From the IMG/VR virus record IMGVR_UViG_3300033076_001014, positions 1-38,359 of that record: DNA of 38,359 nucleotides; one strand, given 5' to 3'. The position numbers and the translations under genes were made by a program. The notes under the pieces are model-generated. The model was not told where the DNA came from. It did no database searches and was given only the letters and a program-made list of their open reading frames with translations. This DNA is from a virus. Lineage: Duplodnaviria; Caudoviricetes. This document shows, piece by piece, positions 26,701 to 35,128 of this stretch (position 1 is the stretch's first letter; every line of letters starts with the position of its first letter).

Positions 26701-28073
26701 TGGACTACTCTGAATTCATCGGAACAAAAACATTCAAGCCAATTAACGCCGGGTTTAGATCTGACGATATATGGTCTATTTATCCATCTGTGGCGAAACC
26801 TTTTCAAATAAATATTGCTCAGTTTTGCACTGTGCGAGGAAGGGCAGGATTGTTTGCTGATACTGGTTTAGGAAAAACTCTAATGGAATTGATATGGTCT
26901 TCATGGGTTGCTCAGTACACTAAAAAACCGGTTTTAATTGTAACTCCACTATGCGTTGCTCAGCAGACAGTACGCGAAGGCGCTAAATTTGGCATTAACG
27001 CTAAATTTATGCGCAGTCCTGAAAATACAGAATCACGCATACACGTAACAAATTACGAAATGCTGAAAAACTTTTCACCTTCTGAATACGGTGGTATAGC
27101 TTTAGACGAATCAAGCATTTTGAAAGGTATGAATGGAGCATATAGGAAGCAGCTAACAGAGTTTGCGGCGTCTATTCCATATCGACTTAGCGCAACTGCG
27201 ACCCCAAGCCCTAACGACTTTATGGAGCTAGGAACTCAAGCTGAGTTTTTAGGGATAATGAGCCAGACAGAAATGCTCGCAACTTTTTTTATTCATGACG
27301 GAAGCGACACTAGCAAATGGCGGTTAAAAGGTCATGCTCGCAGGAAGTTTTGGGAATGGCTTGCAACGTGGGCAGTTTTTATCAGCAAGCCTAGTGATTT
27401 AGGTTATGAGGACTCAGGGTATGATTTGCCAAGGCTAAATATCGTTGATCACGTAGTTGATACTGAGGCGACAAATGGACTTTTTGTTGATGTTGCTCAT
27501 GGGTTGTCAGAGCGACTAAAGGCAAGGAGGGATACCATAGATATAAGATCTGAAAAGGCCGCTGATTTAATGCGCGGTTTTGAATGTGGTGTATGTTGGT
27601 CAAACCTAAATGATGAAAGCAAGCTAATTACTAAGTTAGTTGATGGTTGTGAGGAAATAACAGGATCAATGGACTACGAGGAAAAGGAGAGAAAACTAAT
27701 AGGCTTTTCAGATGGTGAAATTAAGAAAATATCAACAAAGCCGAGCATAGCTGGGTTTGGGTTGAATTGGCAGCATTGCCATAACACCGTTTATTTAGGG
27801 CTATCTGATTCGTGGGAGAAGTTTTATCAGTCTGTAAGGAGATTTTACAGATTTGGACAGAAAAAAGAAGTAAACGCGCACGTAATTATATCTGATCGAG
27901 AAATAGCTGTTCTTGATAACATAAGGAGGAAAAAGGCTCAGGATGAAGAAATGCGCTCAGAAATGCAGTCTATTATGAGTGAAATATTAATAAACGAAAT
28001 TAGGCATGCTACAGTCAATAAGACACCATATAATCCATCCAAAAAAATCATTATTCCTGGGTTCATAAAATGA
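26697..28073 (+). CDS. SNF2-like superfamily 2 helicase
   Basis: ADTGLGKT, LDESSILK, SATATPSPND, GFGLNWQ and QSVRRFYRFGQ. Confidence 0.9.
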   Translation: MMDYSEFIGTKTFKPINAGFRSDDIWSIYPSVAKPFQINIAQFCTVRGRAGLFADTGLGKTLMELIWSSWVAQYTKKPVLIVTPLCVAQQTVREGAKFGINAKFMRSPENTESRIHVTNYEMLKNFSPSEYGGIALDESSILKGMNGAYRKQLTEFAASIPYRLSATATPSPNDFMELGTQAEFLGIMSQTEMLATFFIHDGSDTSKWRLKGHARRKFWEWLATWAVFISKPSDLGYEDSGYDLPRLNIVDHVVDTEATNGLFVDVAHGLSERLKARRDTIDIRSEKAADLMRGFECGVCWSNLNDESKLITKLVDGCEEITGSMDYEEKERKLIGFSDGEIKKISTKPSIAGFGLNWQHCHNTVYLGLSDSWEKFYQSVRRFYRFGQKKEVNAHVIISDREIAVLDNIRRKKAQDEEMRSEMQSIMSEILINEIRHATVNKTPYNPSKKIIIPGFIK

Positions 28074-29026
28074 AAGTACTAGATCAAAAAATCGGTGAGA
28101 ACTACGCAGTATATAACGCTGACACTGTAGAGGTGGCAAAGTCATTGCCTGATGAGTCGGTAGACTTTTCAGTTTTTAGCCCGCCATTCAGCTCTTTATA
28201 TACTTACTCAAATTCAGATCGCGATATGGGCAATGTAAAAAACGATGCTGAGTTCTGGGAGCAATACAGGTATTTGATTAAAGAGCAATTCAGAGTAATG
28301 AAGCCAGGCAGGAATATAGCTATTCACTGCATGAACTTGCCAAGCAGCAAGCAAAACGATGGATTCATAGGGCTTAAAGATTTTAGGGGCGATATTATCC
28401 GCGAATACCAAAAAGAGGGGTTTATTTATCACTCAGAGGTATGTATTTGGAAATGCCCGGTAGTTGCTATGACTCGCACAAAGGCGCTTGGACTTTTGCA
28501 TAAAACCATCAAAAAAGACTCTGCAATGAGCCGAATGGGTATTCCTGATTACATAGTAACCATGCGTAAACCTGGGGATAATCCTAAGCCTGTAGCTGGC
28601 GAGTTTACTTATTACGTTGGTGATAATGCCCCGCATGGATTTATCAAGCACCAGCGCAATGATGGATCGTTTTTTTGTGTCCCTGGTGAATCTAATACTA
28701 GCGTAGATGTTTGGCAAAAGTACGCCAGTCCAATATGGGACGACATAAACCAAAGCGATACGCTGAATTTCAGAGAGGGCAGAGACTCGGATGATGAGCG
28801 CCACATTTGCCCACTTCAACTAGATGTTATTGAGCGATGCTTACAATTATGGAGCCTTCCTGGCGACTTGGTTTGGACTCCTTTTATGGGAATCGGAAGC
28901 GAAGTTTACATGGCTTTAAAAACAGGAAGAAAAGCCATTGGAGCAGAGCTGAAAACTAGCTATTTTAATCTTGCATTGCGCAACATAGAAATGGCCGAAA
29001 AAACTCAATACGATATGTTTGGTTGA
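28070..29026 (+). CDS. DNA methyltransferase (N4-C/N6-A, beta class)
   Basis: FSPPF catalytic motif precedes the TPFMGIGSE SAM-binding motif. HICPLQLDVI also present. Confidence 0.9.
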   Translation: MKVLDQKIGENYAVYNADTVEVAKSLPDESVDFSVFSPPFSSLYTYSNSDRDMGNVKNDAEFWEQYRYLIKEQFRVMKPGRNIAIHCMNLPSSKQNDGFIGLKDFRGDIIREYQKEGFIYHSEVCIWKCPVVAMTRTKALGLLHKTIKKDSAMSRMGIPDYIVTMRKPGDNPKPVAGEFTYYVGDNAPHGFIKHQRNDGSFFCVPGESNTSVDVWQKYASPIWDDINQSDTLNFREGRDSDDERHICPLQLDVIERCLQLWSLPGDLVWTPFMGIGSEVYMALKTGRKAIGAELKTSYFNLALRNIEMAEKTQYDMFG

Positions 29027-29029
29027 TTT

Positions 29030-29689
29030 ATGTTTGATAGAGAACTTGAGTCTCGCCTAGTGTTCGAGGACACAGTAAGCCGCCCGCCGTATGAGTTCGA
29101 CGTAACGATTCACAGCGAGGATTCAGCGTGGCCAAACTGCTATCGAGATTACCATGTGCATGTTGGGTTTGACTGTTGGGTTGAGTCAAGAAAGCAGCTT
29201 TTAGGCGGCCAGGTAATAAAAGAATCCGAGACAGTTATTAATTCTTTCGCCGCTTTTCGTTCTGCCATTAGCACCATCTGGGCCTTGTGGTGCGAGCACA
29301 AATACATCCGGCTAAGGTGGAGCACCAGCAAGAACCGCACGTTGGACCAGAATGCACTTTGGGCGGCTATGTACCAGCGAATCAGCCAGGTTATGGGAGA
29401 CGGCTCAGCAAACTACGCCCAGGAGGTTAAATCAGAATGCAAGCTGCTGTACGGCGTTCCTATCCTGCTGAGCGAGTCTGAGCGATTCAAGGCTGGCTGG
29501 GAGCGTTATTTCGCAAAGGAGAGTTACCAAACGCAGCTTTTTTTGATGGGGCCAAATCCGCTATTCGGAAAAGATGGGTTTCCCGTAACAAGGTTGCTCG
29601 ATACTAAAACCGGCGCCGAGTACACAGATACTTTGGCAAAAGTTTATTCGCAAAACGGGGTCGATTTTTCAGACCTACTTAAAAACTAA
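29030..29689 (+). CDS. NinB-like protein with N-terminal extra domain
   Basis: RTLDQNALW.AMY..IS, CKLLYGVPIL and FPVTRLL...EY.D patterns. Confidence 0.65.
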   Translation: MFDRELESRLVFEDTVSRPPYEFDVTIHSEDSAWPNCYRDYHVHVGFDCWVESRKQLLGGQVIKESETVINSFAAFRSAISTIWALWCEHKYIRLRWSTSKNRTLDQNALWAAMYQRISQVMGDGSANYAQEVKSECKLLYGVPILLSESERFKAGWERYFAKESYQTQLFLMGPNPLFGKDGFPVTRLLDTKTGAEYTDTLAKVYSQNGVDFSDLLKN

Positions 29690-29702
29690 ACTGGGGAAGT
29701 TT

Positions 29703-30047
29703 ATGCAAGAACTAATAAAAAAATTTGTTAAGGCCAAAAAATCGGCGACCAAGGCCCGCCGCGAGCTTTCAAAAGCTGTGCTTGATAGCACCAGCGGTCT
29801 AAGCGTTGAGCAAGTGCTTATACTTGAGTCGATAGAACTTGAAGCTATAACCGTTAGCGACATAGCCAGGCGCTGCGCAATGCACGTCCCCTCTGTATCT
29901 CGGGCGCTTGTTGAGCTTGATGGTAAGGGAATTTTTGACAGGCTGGCCAATGACGACGATATGCGGCGCTGCATGATCGGGATCACCGCACACGGCAAAA
30001 AGCTGTTGGCCAGGGTGTATGAAGCGCATGAAGCCAAAAAAGCCTAG
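29703..30047 (+). CDS. MarR-family winged-helix regulator
   Basis: LSVEQVLIL, VSDIA...PSVSRALVEL..KG, DDMRR...ITAHG. RBS ACTGGGGA. Confidence 0.8.
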   Translation: MQELIKKFVKAKKSATKARRELSKAVLDSTSGLSVEQVLILESIELEAITVSDIARRCAMHVPSVSRALVELDGKGIFDRLANDDDMRRCMIGITAHGKKLLARVYEAHEAKKA

Positions 30048-30588
30048 GCTGTGCAAGATTTGCAAGCGAGAGTTTGTTCCGTTTAACTCGCTGAATGGAA
30101 AGGTTTGCAGCGTTGAATGCTCTATTAAATACGCCCGCCAGGAGGCCAATAAGGAGGCCGACCGGGCGCATAGGGAGCGTAAGAAGGCATACAATGAAAA
30201 CAGCCTCAGTTGGCTTGCCAAGGAGGCAGAAAGGATTTGCAACAAGTTCATAAGGCTTAGGGACAAGGACGAGCCCTGCATTAGCTGCGGCACTACTAAG
30301 ACCGATATTCAGTATGCCGCCGGTCACTTCATCCCAAAAGGACGATGCAAGGCGCTGCGGTACGATGAGGCCAACATTCACAAGCAGTGCAACAGCTATT
30401 GCAATTTGCACATGAGCGGCAATTTGATTGAGTATGAAAAGCGGCTGAGGCTAAAAATAGGCGATGCAGAAGTTGAGAGGCTGAAAGGGCCACAAGCACC
30501 AGTGCGATACCGAGCAGAGGATTACAGACGGGTTATTGCGCACTACAAAGCGAAGATTAAAGAACTACCTACTGGGGGAAAGCTATGA
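30028..30588 (+). CDS. ninG: NinG/Rap-like recombination endonuclease
   Basis: CKIC, CSVEC, FIRLRD..PCISCG, AGHF, LRYDEANIHKQC..CN and SGNLIEY. Confidence 0.9.
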   Translation: MKPKKPRLCKICKREFVPFNSLNGKVCSVECSIKYARQEANKEADRAHRERKKAYNENSLSWLAKEAERICNKFIRLRDKDEPCISCGTTKTDIQYAAGHFIPKGRCKALRYDEANIHKQCNSYCNLHMSGNLIEYEKRLRLKIGDAEVERLKGPQAPVRYRAEDYRRVIAHYKAKIKELPTGGKL

Positions 30589-30827
30589 ACGCAAATGAAG
30601 CAAGAAAAATTACAAACCAAAACAAAATCAAAAATTCACGAGCCCCAAAGATTCAAGAAGGAATTTTAGAGAGCGCCAGCAAAGGATTAGATAGTTATAC
30701 ACTGCTTGGAAAGCTTTCAGAAGATGATGCATTTATGCTTCGCGGCATGGGTTACAAGATTGTCTACTATCCTCAACCTGATTCTCGCGATCCTCGCGAA
30801 AGCGATTACACTACTATAAGTTGGTGA
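30585..30827 (+). CDS. Hypothetical protein
   Basis: ATGA-coupled, ACTGGGGGAA RBS, common pattern L..GY.....ISW. Confidence 0.7.
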   Translation: MNANEARKITNQNKIKNSRAPKIQEGILESASKGLDSYTLLGKLSEDDAFMLRGMGYKIVYYPQPDSRDPRESDYTTISW

Positions 30828-30845
30828 ATTAAAGAGGATTTAGCT

Positions 30846-31043
30846 ATGCTACACACAAAAGAATACTACGAGCAAAAGGCAAAAACTCTACTGGCCGAAA
30901 TACGAGACCTAGAGAAGTACGTTCACGATGATTTGTACAATGGAGAAGAGTTGAGGACTCAGGCTAAGGTTAGGATAAACCTCCTTATTTCTGATATGAG
31001 GAGGCACCACATTAGCCTGCTAGAGCTTATAAGTTTAATTTGA
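30846..31043 (+). CDS. Hypothetical protein
   Basis: AGAGGA RBS, followed by a terminator. Confidence 0.65.
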   Translation: MLHTKEYYEQKAKTLLAEIRDLEKYVHDDLYNGEELRTQAKVRINLLISDMRRHHISLLELISLI

Positions 31044-31054
31044 CCCAGTGCTTT

Positions 31055-31077
31055 CCCGCCTAGTGCGGGCTTTTTTT
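31055..31077 (+). terminator. Intrinsic terminator between convergent operons
   Basis: CCCGC-CTAGT-GCGGG then C and T7. Confidence 0.7.
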
Positions 31078-31318
31078 ACCATCTGCATAATGGCTCGCCA
31101 CTCCACCGCCTCCAAATTCCAGCGCAATACATTTTTCTGTTACCGGTTGGCGGATCAAATGCAACGATTTGAAATGATGTAATATGGCATCCGCCTGCGC
31201 CTCTTGGCCCAGCAGTAGTTGGAAAATTCTGAGGCCATGAATACCACTCTATCTCATCCGGCGAACATTTTTCTTGTTGAGCAACTTCAGAAAGTAGTTC
31301 ATCAATATTCATCTGCAA
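31076..31318 (-). CDS. Hypothetical protein
   Basis: ORF at the end of the leftward cassette, WPQNFPTTAGP.G.GG motif. Confidence 0.65.
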   Translation of the reverse strand: MQMNIDELLSEVAQQEKCSPDEIEWYSWPQNFPTTAGPRGAGGCHITSFQIVAFDPPTGNRKMYCAGIWRRWSGEPLCRW

Positions 31319-31449
31319 GTAACCTCAAAAAAACGCTCGCTCAAAGGCGGCGCGATGTTGTTCATGATGTACCAGGTAACATCCATACCGTTCTGCCAGT
31401 ACCTGTAGGGCGTTTTGTACGCAAAGTATGTGTTAGGATCAAAGGTCAT
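31309..31449 (-). CDS. Small hypothetical protein (MTFDPNTYF...)
   Basis: C-terminal part of ORF 31309..31512 fills the gap between neighbours. Start uncertain. Confidence 0.45.
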   Translation of the reverse strand: MTFDPNTYFAYKTPYRYWQNGMDVTWYIMNNIAPPLSERFFEVTCR

Positions 31450-31693
31450 CGTCGTCAGATCCATGAATCCGCTGAAAGGCAGCTTGTGCATTATCGCTAG
31501 CCAGTTGAGCAAGCTCGGGCGCTAAAGCATTTAGAGCATCCCAAGCCCATGCGCGGTGCTTATGTTTTTGTTCGTGAAAATACTGGATCTCGGTTAGGCT
31601 TTCCAGACACCTTTTTAGGCGTTTGTCTGTTAGTTCTGGTATTTCAGCGCGAGGAACATATTCAACCCCGTCAATTATTACTTTAGATGCCAT
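31439..31693 (-). CDS. Hypothetical protein
   Basis: KVIIDGVEYVP N-terminal motif is common in phage proteins. Confidence 0.7.
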   Translation of the reverse strand: MASKVIIDGVEYVPRAEIPELTDKRLKRCLESLTEIQYFHEQKHKHRAWAWDALNALAPELAQLASDNAQAAFQRIHGSDDDDL

Positions 31694-31931
31694 TGCAGAC
31701 GCCCTCTAGCATAGCCACAGATTCATCAACTTCTGAGACATCAAGTTCAAACAAGCGCGGCTGCATCGACATAGCCGTGAACCAGTCTTGCTCGAAGACT
31801 GCTCCCCAAAACCGGTCAGTCTCTGGCGTTCCATCAAACCGGAAGGCTTCATCAAGCTGCTTGTCTTTGCCGCCGCTTAGCTCATAAGCCCTGGCGCGCA
31901 GCCGGGCGGTTGGTAGTTCTGAAATTAACAT
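31683..31931 (-). CDS. Hypothetical protein
   Basis: ACTGGGGA RBS at 31938-31945. Confidence 0.7.
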   Translation of the reverse strand: MLISELPTARLRARAYELSGGKDKQLDEAFRFDGTPETDRFWGAVFEQDWFTAMSMQPRLFELDVSEVDESVAMLEGVCNGI

Positions 31932-31968
31932 AGTGTTTCCCCAGTGTTAGCCCCTTGCGGGGCGTTTT

Positions 31969-32427
31969 TTATTTTGGAGTTGACTCAAGAAGCATTTTAG
32001 AAATTTCTTCCTTTAGCATTCCATTTTGATTCAAGTTCATAACTATTGCGGTTGCAAATGCTACGTCATATCTTGATTTCAATTCTGCTCCAATTTCTTT
32101 TGCCCTACTTTTAATAAAGTCATGCGGGCTGTTCCAGCCAGAGTTTTCCATAAATATTGAGGCTACATGATCGGAAATTTTAACGGTCTTATTGTGTCTG
32201 ATAATTTCCCCAGCAGACAACAATTCATTCATCCGATCTTGTATTATTGAATCAACGTCGTTTTTCACTTTATCAACAACAATGGCTGTTATTTGTGAAT
32301 CAACCTTTGATTTTATTCTTTCCCATATTTCATTCACTACGCGTGAAGTTACGTGTCTGCTCAAACTATCTCGCAAAGACTCTTCTTCGTCTTGGTAAAA
32401 ATCTTCTAAATCAACAACAATTTTCAT
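31969..32427 (-). CDS. Hypothetical helical protein, first gene of leftward cassette A
   Basis: ACTGGGGA RBS at 32435-32442 downstream of a strong promoter. Confidence 0.75.
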   Translation of the reverse strand: MKIVVDLEDFYQDEEESLRDSLSRHVTSRVVNEIWERIKSKVDSQITAIVVDKVKNDVDSIIQDRMNELLSAGEIIRHNKTVKISDHVASIFMENSGWNSPHDFIKSRAKEIGAELKSRYDVAFATAIVMNLNQNGMLKEEISKMLLESTPK

Positions 32428-32505
32428 AATATTATCCCCAGTTCAGCGCCACCCAGTGTGCCGCCGTTGAGGTAACTATAGCAAAGGTGTCATGACACTG
32501 CAAGC
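32421..32505 (-). promoter_or_regulatory. Duplicated promoter-operator-leader, copy A
   Basis: TTGCAG-17 nt-TATAGT with perfect palindrome GTGTCATGACAC (32487-32498). Similar to 37175-37261. Confidence 0.8.
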
Positions 32506-32538
32506 TCAAAAATGCAAAAAGTTGAAAATTTTTAGACC

Positions 32539-32563
32539 AAAAAAAAGCCCCTCGAAAGGGGCT
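32539..32563 (-). terminator. Intrinsic terminator of the minus-strand sRNA
   Basis: Minus strand AGCCCCT-TTCG-AGGGGCT followed by a T-run. Confidence 0.85.
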
Positions 32564-32696
32564 GTTTTCCCGCGCTGCTGGCGGCATGTAGCTCTTGACT
32601 GGGGAGAACAAGAGGTCTAACATGATTCTGCTGCTTGAGATTAACGGCCTCAAGCAACTTGATCGGATTGTGATTACGACACGAAACCGACCCACG
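32539..32696 (-). ncRNA. Candidate ~160-nt sRNA with anti-RBS loop UUCUCCCCAGU
   Basis: Bounded by a sigma70 promoter and a terminator. Three internal hairpins, one with stem CTCTTG/CAAGAG and a loop complementary to ACTGGGGAGAA. Confidence 0.65.
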
Positions 32697-32702
32697 GCAT
32701 AA

Positions 32703-32731
32703 ATTCTACATGCCACAAGTCATTCTCGCAA
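32703..32731 (-). promoter_or_regulatory. Sigma70-like promoter of the candidate sRNA
   Basis: Minus strand TTGCGA-17 nt-TAGAAT. Confidence 0.7.
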
Positions 32732-32809
32732 GCTCACATCCACTTTCAGGTCATCGCATCTATGCGTCTGCGCTCACGCGTGCTCGATTTGGTGCGACCG
32801 GCAACCCTG

Positions 32810-33040
32810 GCAAAATGGTGACGATCAACACCCGGGTGGGAGAACAGGGCTTAAAAGCCTGGAGCGACCCCAGATCGGCGGGGCAAACCCCGTGAACGCT
32901 CCTTAGTTACACAGTTTGTTTGAGGTAACCGCCCAAAGTGACGCCATGGCTCCGCCGGGAATGTCGGGTAATGCTCCAACCTGATTATTATTGGGTTAGG
33001 GTAAACATTGCCCAATCGTTCAACCATTCACCACCGGGAA
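32810..33040. ncRNA. Candidate structured non-coding element
   Basis: Many nested inverted repeats and two long-range complementarities. No convincing ORF. Strand unresolved. Confidence 0.4.
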
Positions 33041-33087
33041 TTAATAGTTCTAATTAAATCTATCTAACTTATATAATGGGGAAATTT

Positions 33088-33306
33088 ATGCTTAATGAAG
33101 AAATGCAAAAATTAGTAATCGCTGCACTTACCGTTATTATAATTTGCGCAACGGTTGCGACATGCTCAAGCGCTCAGAACATATCTGACAACAAAGCGGT
33201 TGTAAGCATGGTTGAAAAAGGCGCAGATCCAATGATTGCCGCATGTTCTATAGGACGCGGAACCGAACTAAAATGTTCATTGGCAATATCTAACCAATCA
33301 AAGTAA
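33088..33306 (+). CDS. Small membrane-anchored protein
   Basis: TGGGGAAA RBS before ATG 33088, N-terminal TM helix, MVEKGADPMIAACS motif. Confidence 0.7.
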   Translation: MLNEEMQKLVIAALTVIIICATVATCSSAQNISDNKAVVSMVEKGADPMIAACSIGRGTELKCSLAISNQSK

Positions 33307-33330
33307 TTAACTAACCAACTGGGGAAATTT

Positions 33331-33714
33331 ATGAGTCACACACCTGAACCATGGTTCATCGCAGAAGAGCCGCTAATTTTACTAAATGAAATTTGCGGAA
33401 ATGATGAAAACGGTGATCCTTTTATAATTGCATCAAAAAACTATAATTATCCCGATCTTTCAAATGCCAACGCTCGCCGCATAGTCGCCTGTGTTAATGC
33501 TTGCCGTGGACTATCCACAAAAGAACTTGAGGAAAACGGCCTAGTGTCAGCTGTTGGGCATGAGCTTCTTAATCTTGATGCCCAGCTAGCCACCGTCACC
33601 GCCCAGCGGGATGAGCTGTTAAAGGCGCTTAAAGCTACATTAGGCCCGGATTATGAGCATGCGTATAACTTGGCAATGGACGCGATAGAGAAGTGCGAGG
33701 TGCAAAATGGTTGA
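33331..33714 (+). CDS. Conserved phage hypothetical protein
   Basis: MSHTPEPW, ANARRIVACVNAC and QRDELL motifs. RBS ACTGGGGA. Confidence 0.8.
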   Translation: MSHTPEPWFIAEEPLILLNEICGNDENGDPFIIASKNYNYPDLSNANARRIVACVNACRGLSTKELEENGLVSAVGHELLNLDAQLATVTAQRDELLKALKATLGPDYEHAYNLAMDAIEKCEVQNG

Positions 33715-34456
33715 TTTAGATGATTTGAAGGCTAAGGCTCTCGCGGCTACCGATTGTAATCTTGATACAGCTCAAATAGTTAGAAACAATCCAGGAAATG
33801 AGTATGAATGCCCTGTTTGCGGTGGTGAAGGGTATGTATCTGGCGTGGTCGATTACTGCAATATTGATGGCCTTGCCATTGGTGTCATGTTTTACGGTAT
33901 TGGGAATGAGTTTGGCGCTGATGAGGAGTATTTTCGTGCTGCAAGTCCGGCTGCAGTTCTTGAGCTAATCAAGCGCCTGGAGACCGCCGAGTCCGAGCGA
34001 GACCGCCTGCGCGCAGAGCTTGGCGCAAAGGCACGGATGTCGATAGAGCTTGGTATATTCGAGCGGATGCTAGACCCTGAGTGGGACGGAGAATTTAGCG
34101 CTATCGATTCTGAGTATATGCACCATGTGCACGAGCGGTTGTATTCCGTGCTGAAAGAAAACTGCAATCTAAAAGCAGAGCTTGAGTCATTGCGCGCCAA
34201 GAATGCATCCCTAAAGGCGCAGATTGATTATCCAGAAAGCGTACTACTGCAAGAGCCTTATTGCTGGGTATGGCAGCACGCGAACGGCAGTCCAGGTGTT
34301 GGAATGTTTAGTTCCGAGCAAGCCGCGAAGGATGCCTGGGATATTATAGCGCCCAACGGCAAGGCTATTCCGCTCTACGCCAGCCCGGTACCGGCTCAGC
34401 AACCGGCAGATGTAACGCCAAACACATCAAAACCAACTGGGGAGCAAAACCAATGA
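33707..34456 (+). CDS. Ead/Ea22-like protein
   Basis: LKAKALAAT...AASPAAVLELIKRLE, coiled coil, C-terminal IPLYASP. Confidence 0.75.
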   Translation: MVDLDDLKAKALAATDCNLDTAQIVRNNPGNEYECPVCGGEGYVSGVVDYCNIDGLAIGVMFYGIGNEFGADEEYFRAASPAAVLELIKRLETAESERDRLRAELGAKARMSIELGIFERMLDPEWDGEFSAIDSEYMHHVHERLYSVLKENCNLKAELESLRAKNASLKAQIDYPESVLLQEPYCWVWQHANGSPGVGMFSSEQAAKDAWDIIAPNGKAIPLYASPVPAQQPADVTPNTSKPTGEQNQ

Positions 34457-35094
34457 ACATTAACGAAATGACAACTCAGCATATCATTAGCCAAATGCTG
34501 GTAATACAGGACTCACTGAACAAGCATATTCACCCGGAATGGGACTCGCAGGGCTGGGACTGGGACTTAGCCATCATGGCCGAGTGCGGCGAGATTTTGG
34601 AGCGCTGGCAGGGCTGGAAGTGGTGGAAGAAGGCGCCGGATATTTCCGAGCTTAGCGAGTACGAGCGGTTTCAATTAGCGCTTGAATTTATTGACGTGCT
34701 GCATTTTTGCCTTAGCCGTCATATTGATAAGTATGGCTATTTTTTTGACAATGACGTTAATAATAATTTGTCGCACTTCTACCGATATCCTGTAGCAAAC
34801 GCCATCAAGGCGCCTGGAGTTCTGCCAATAATGGGCGCCCTTTACACGCATTTCGGATACGACGAGCGCGACGTTTACCGGCTATATTTGGCCAAAAACG
34901 CACTAAACCAGTTCAGGCAGGAAATGGGCAGCAAGGAAGGAACATATAACAAAATATGGGGCTGCAATGAGGACAACCATTATTTGATGTGGGCATTTAA
35001 TTCATTGAAAAACGAGACTTTAAATTCAAGTCAATTAATCGAATCAATAAAGGAATCGCTGTTAAAAGACTATCAAAATTTGGGTCTATTATGA
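34453..35094 (+). CDS. Dimeric (all-alpha) dUTPase
   Basis: Q..LN, AECGE, WKWWK, EFIDVLHF, YLAKNALNQFRQ, Y.K.W..EDN motifs. Confidence 0.88.
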   Translation: MNINEMTTQHIISQMLVIQDSLNKHIHPEWDSQGWDWDLAIMAECGEILERWQGWKWWKKAPDISELSEYERFQLALEFIDVLHFCLSRHIDKYGYFFDNDVNNNLSHFYRYPVANAIKAPGVLPIMGALYTHFGYDERDVYRLYLAKNALNQFRQEMGSKEGTYNKIWGCNEDNHYLMWAFNSLKNETLNSSQLIESIKESLLKDYQNLGLL

Positions 35095-35105
35095 ACGCAG
35101 ACACA

Positions 35106-35123
35106 GTGCGGCAAAAGCCGCAC
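35106..35123. terminator. Hairpin between convergent genes
   Basis: GTGCGGC-AAAA-GCCGCAC with weak U-tracts. Confidence 0.5.
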
Positions 35124-35128
35124 GATGT

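Noticed and set aside
28149-28170. Hammerhead-like CTGATGA followed by a short hairpin
   Set aside because: The required GAAA is missing and it lies within the methyltransferase coding sequence.
29675-30411. Minus-strand ORFs over marR/ninG
   Set aside because: Shadows of well-supported plus-strand genes.
32622-32702. Plus-strand 26-codon ORF MILLLEINGLKQLDRIVITTRNRPTA
   Set aside because: Not called as a gene because I found no clear plus-strand promoter. Kept as the main alternative explanation (cis-antisense pair) for the sRNA finding.
32432-32895. ORFs 32432..32716 (-) and 32710..32895 (+)
   Set aside because: They cross a terminator and promoters, lack an RBS and have atypical composition. 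The shared DTxxIVTSTAAHWV with 36930..37325 reflects the DNA duplication, not a protein motif.
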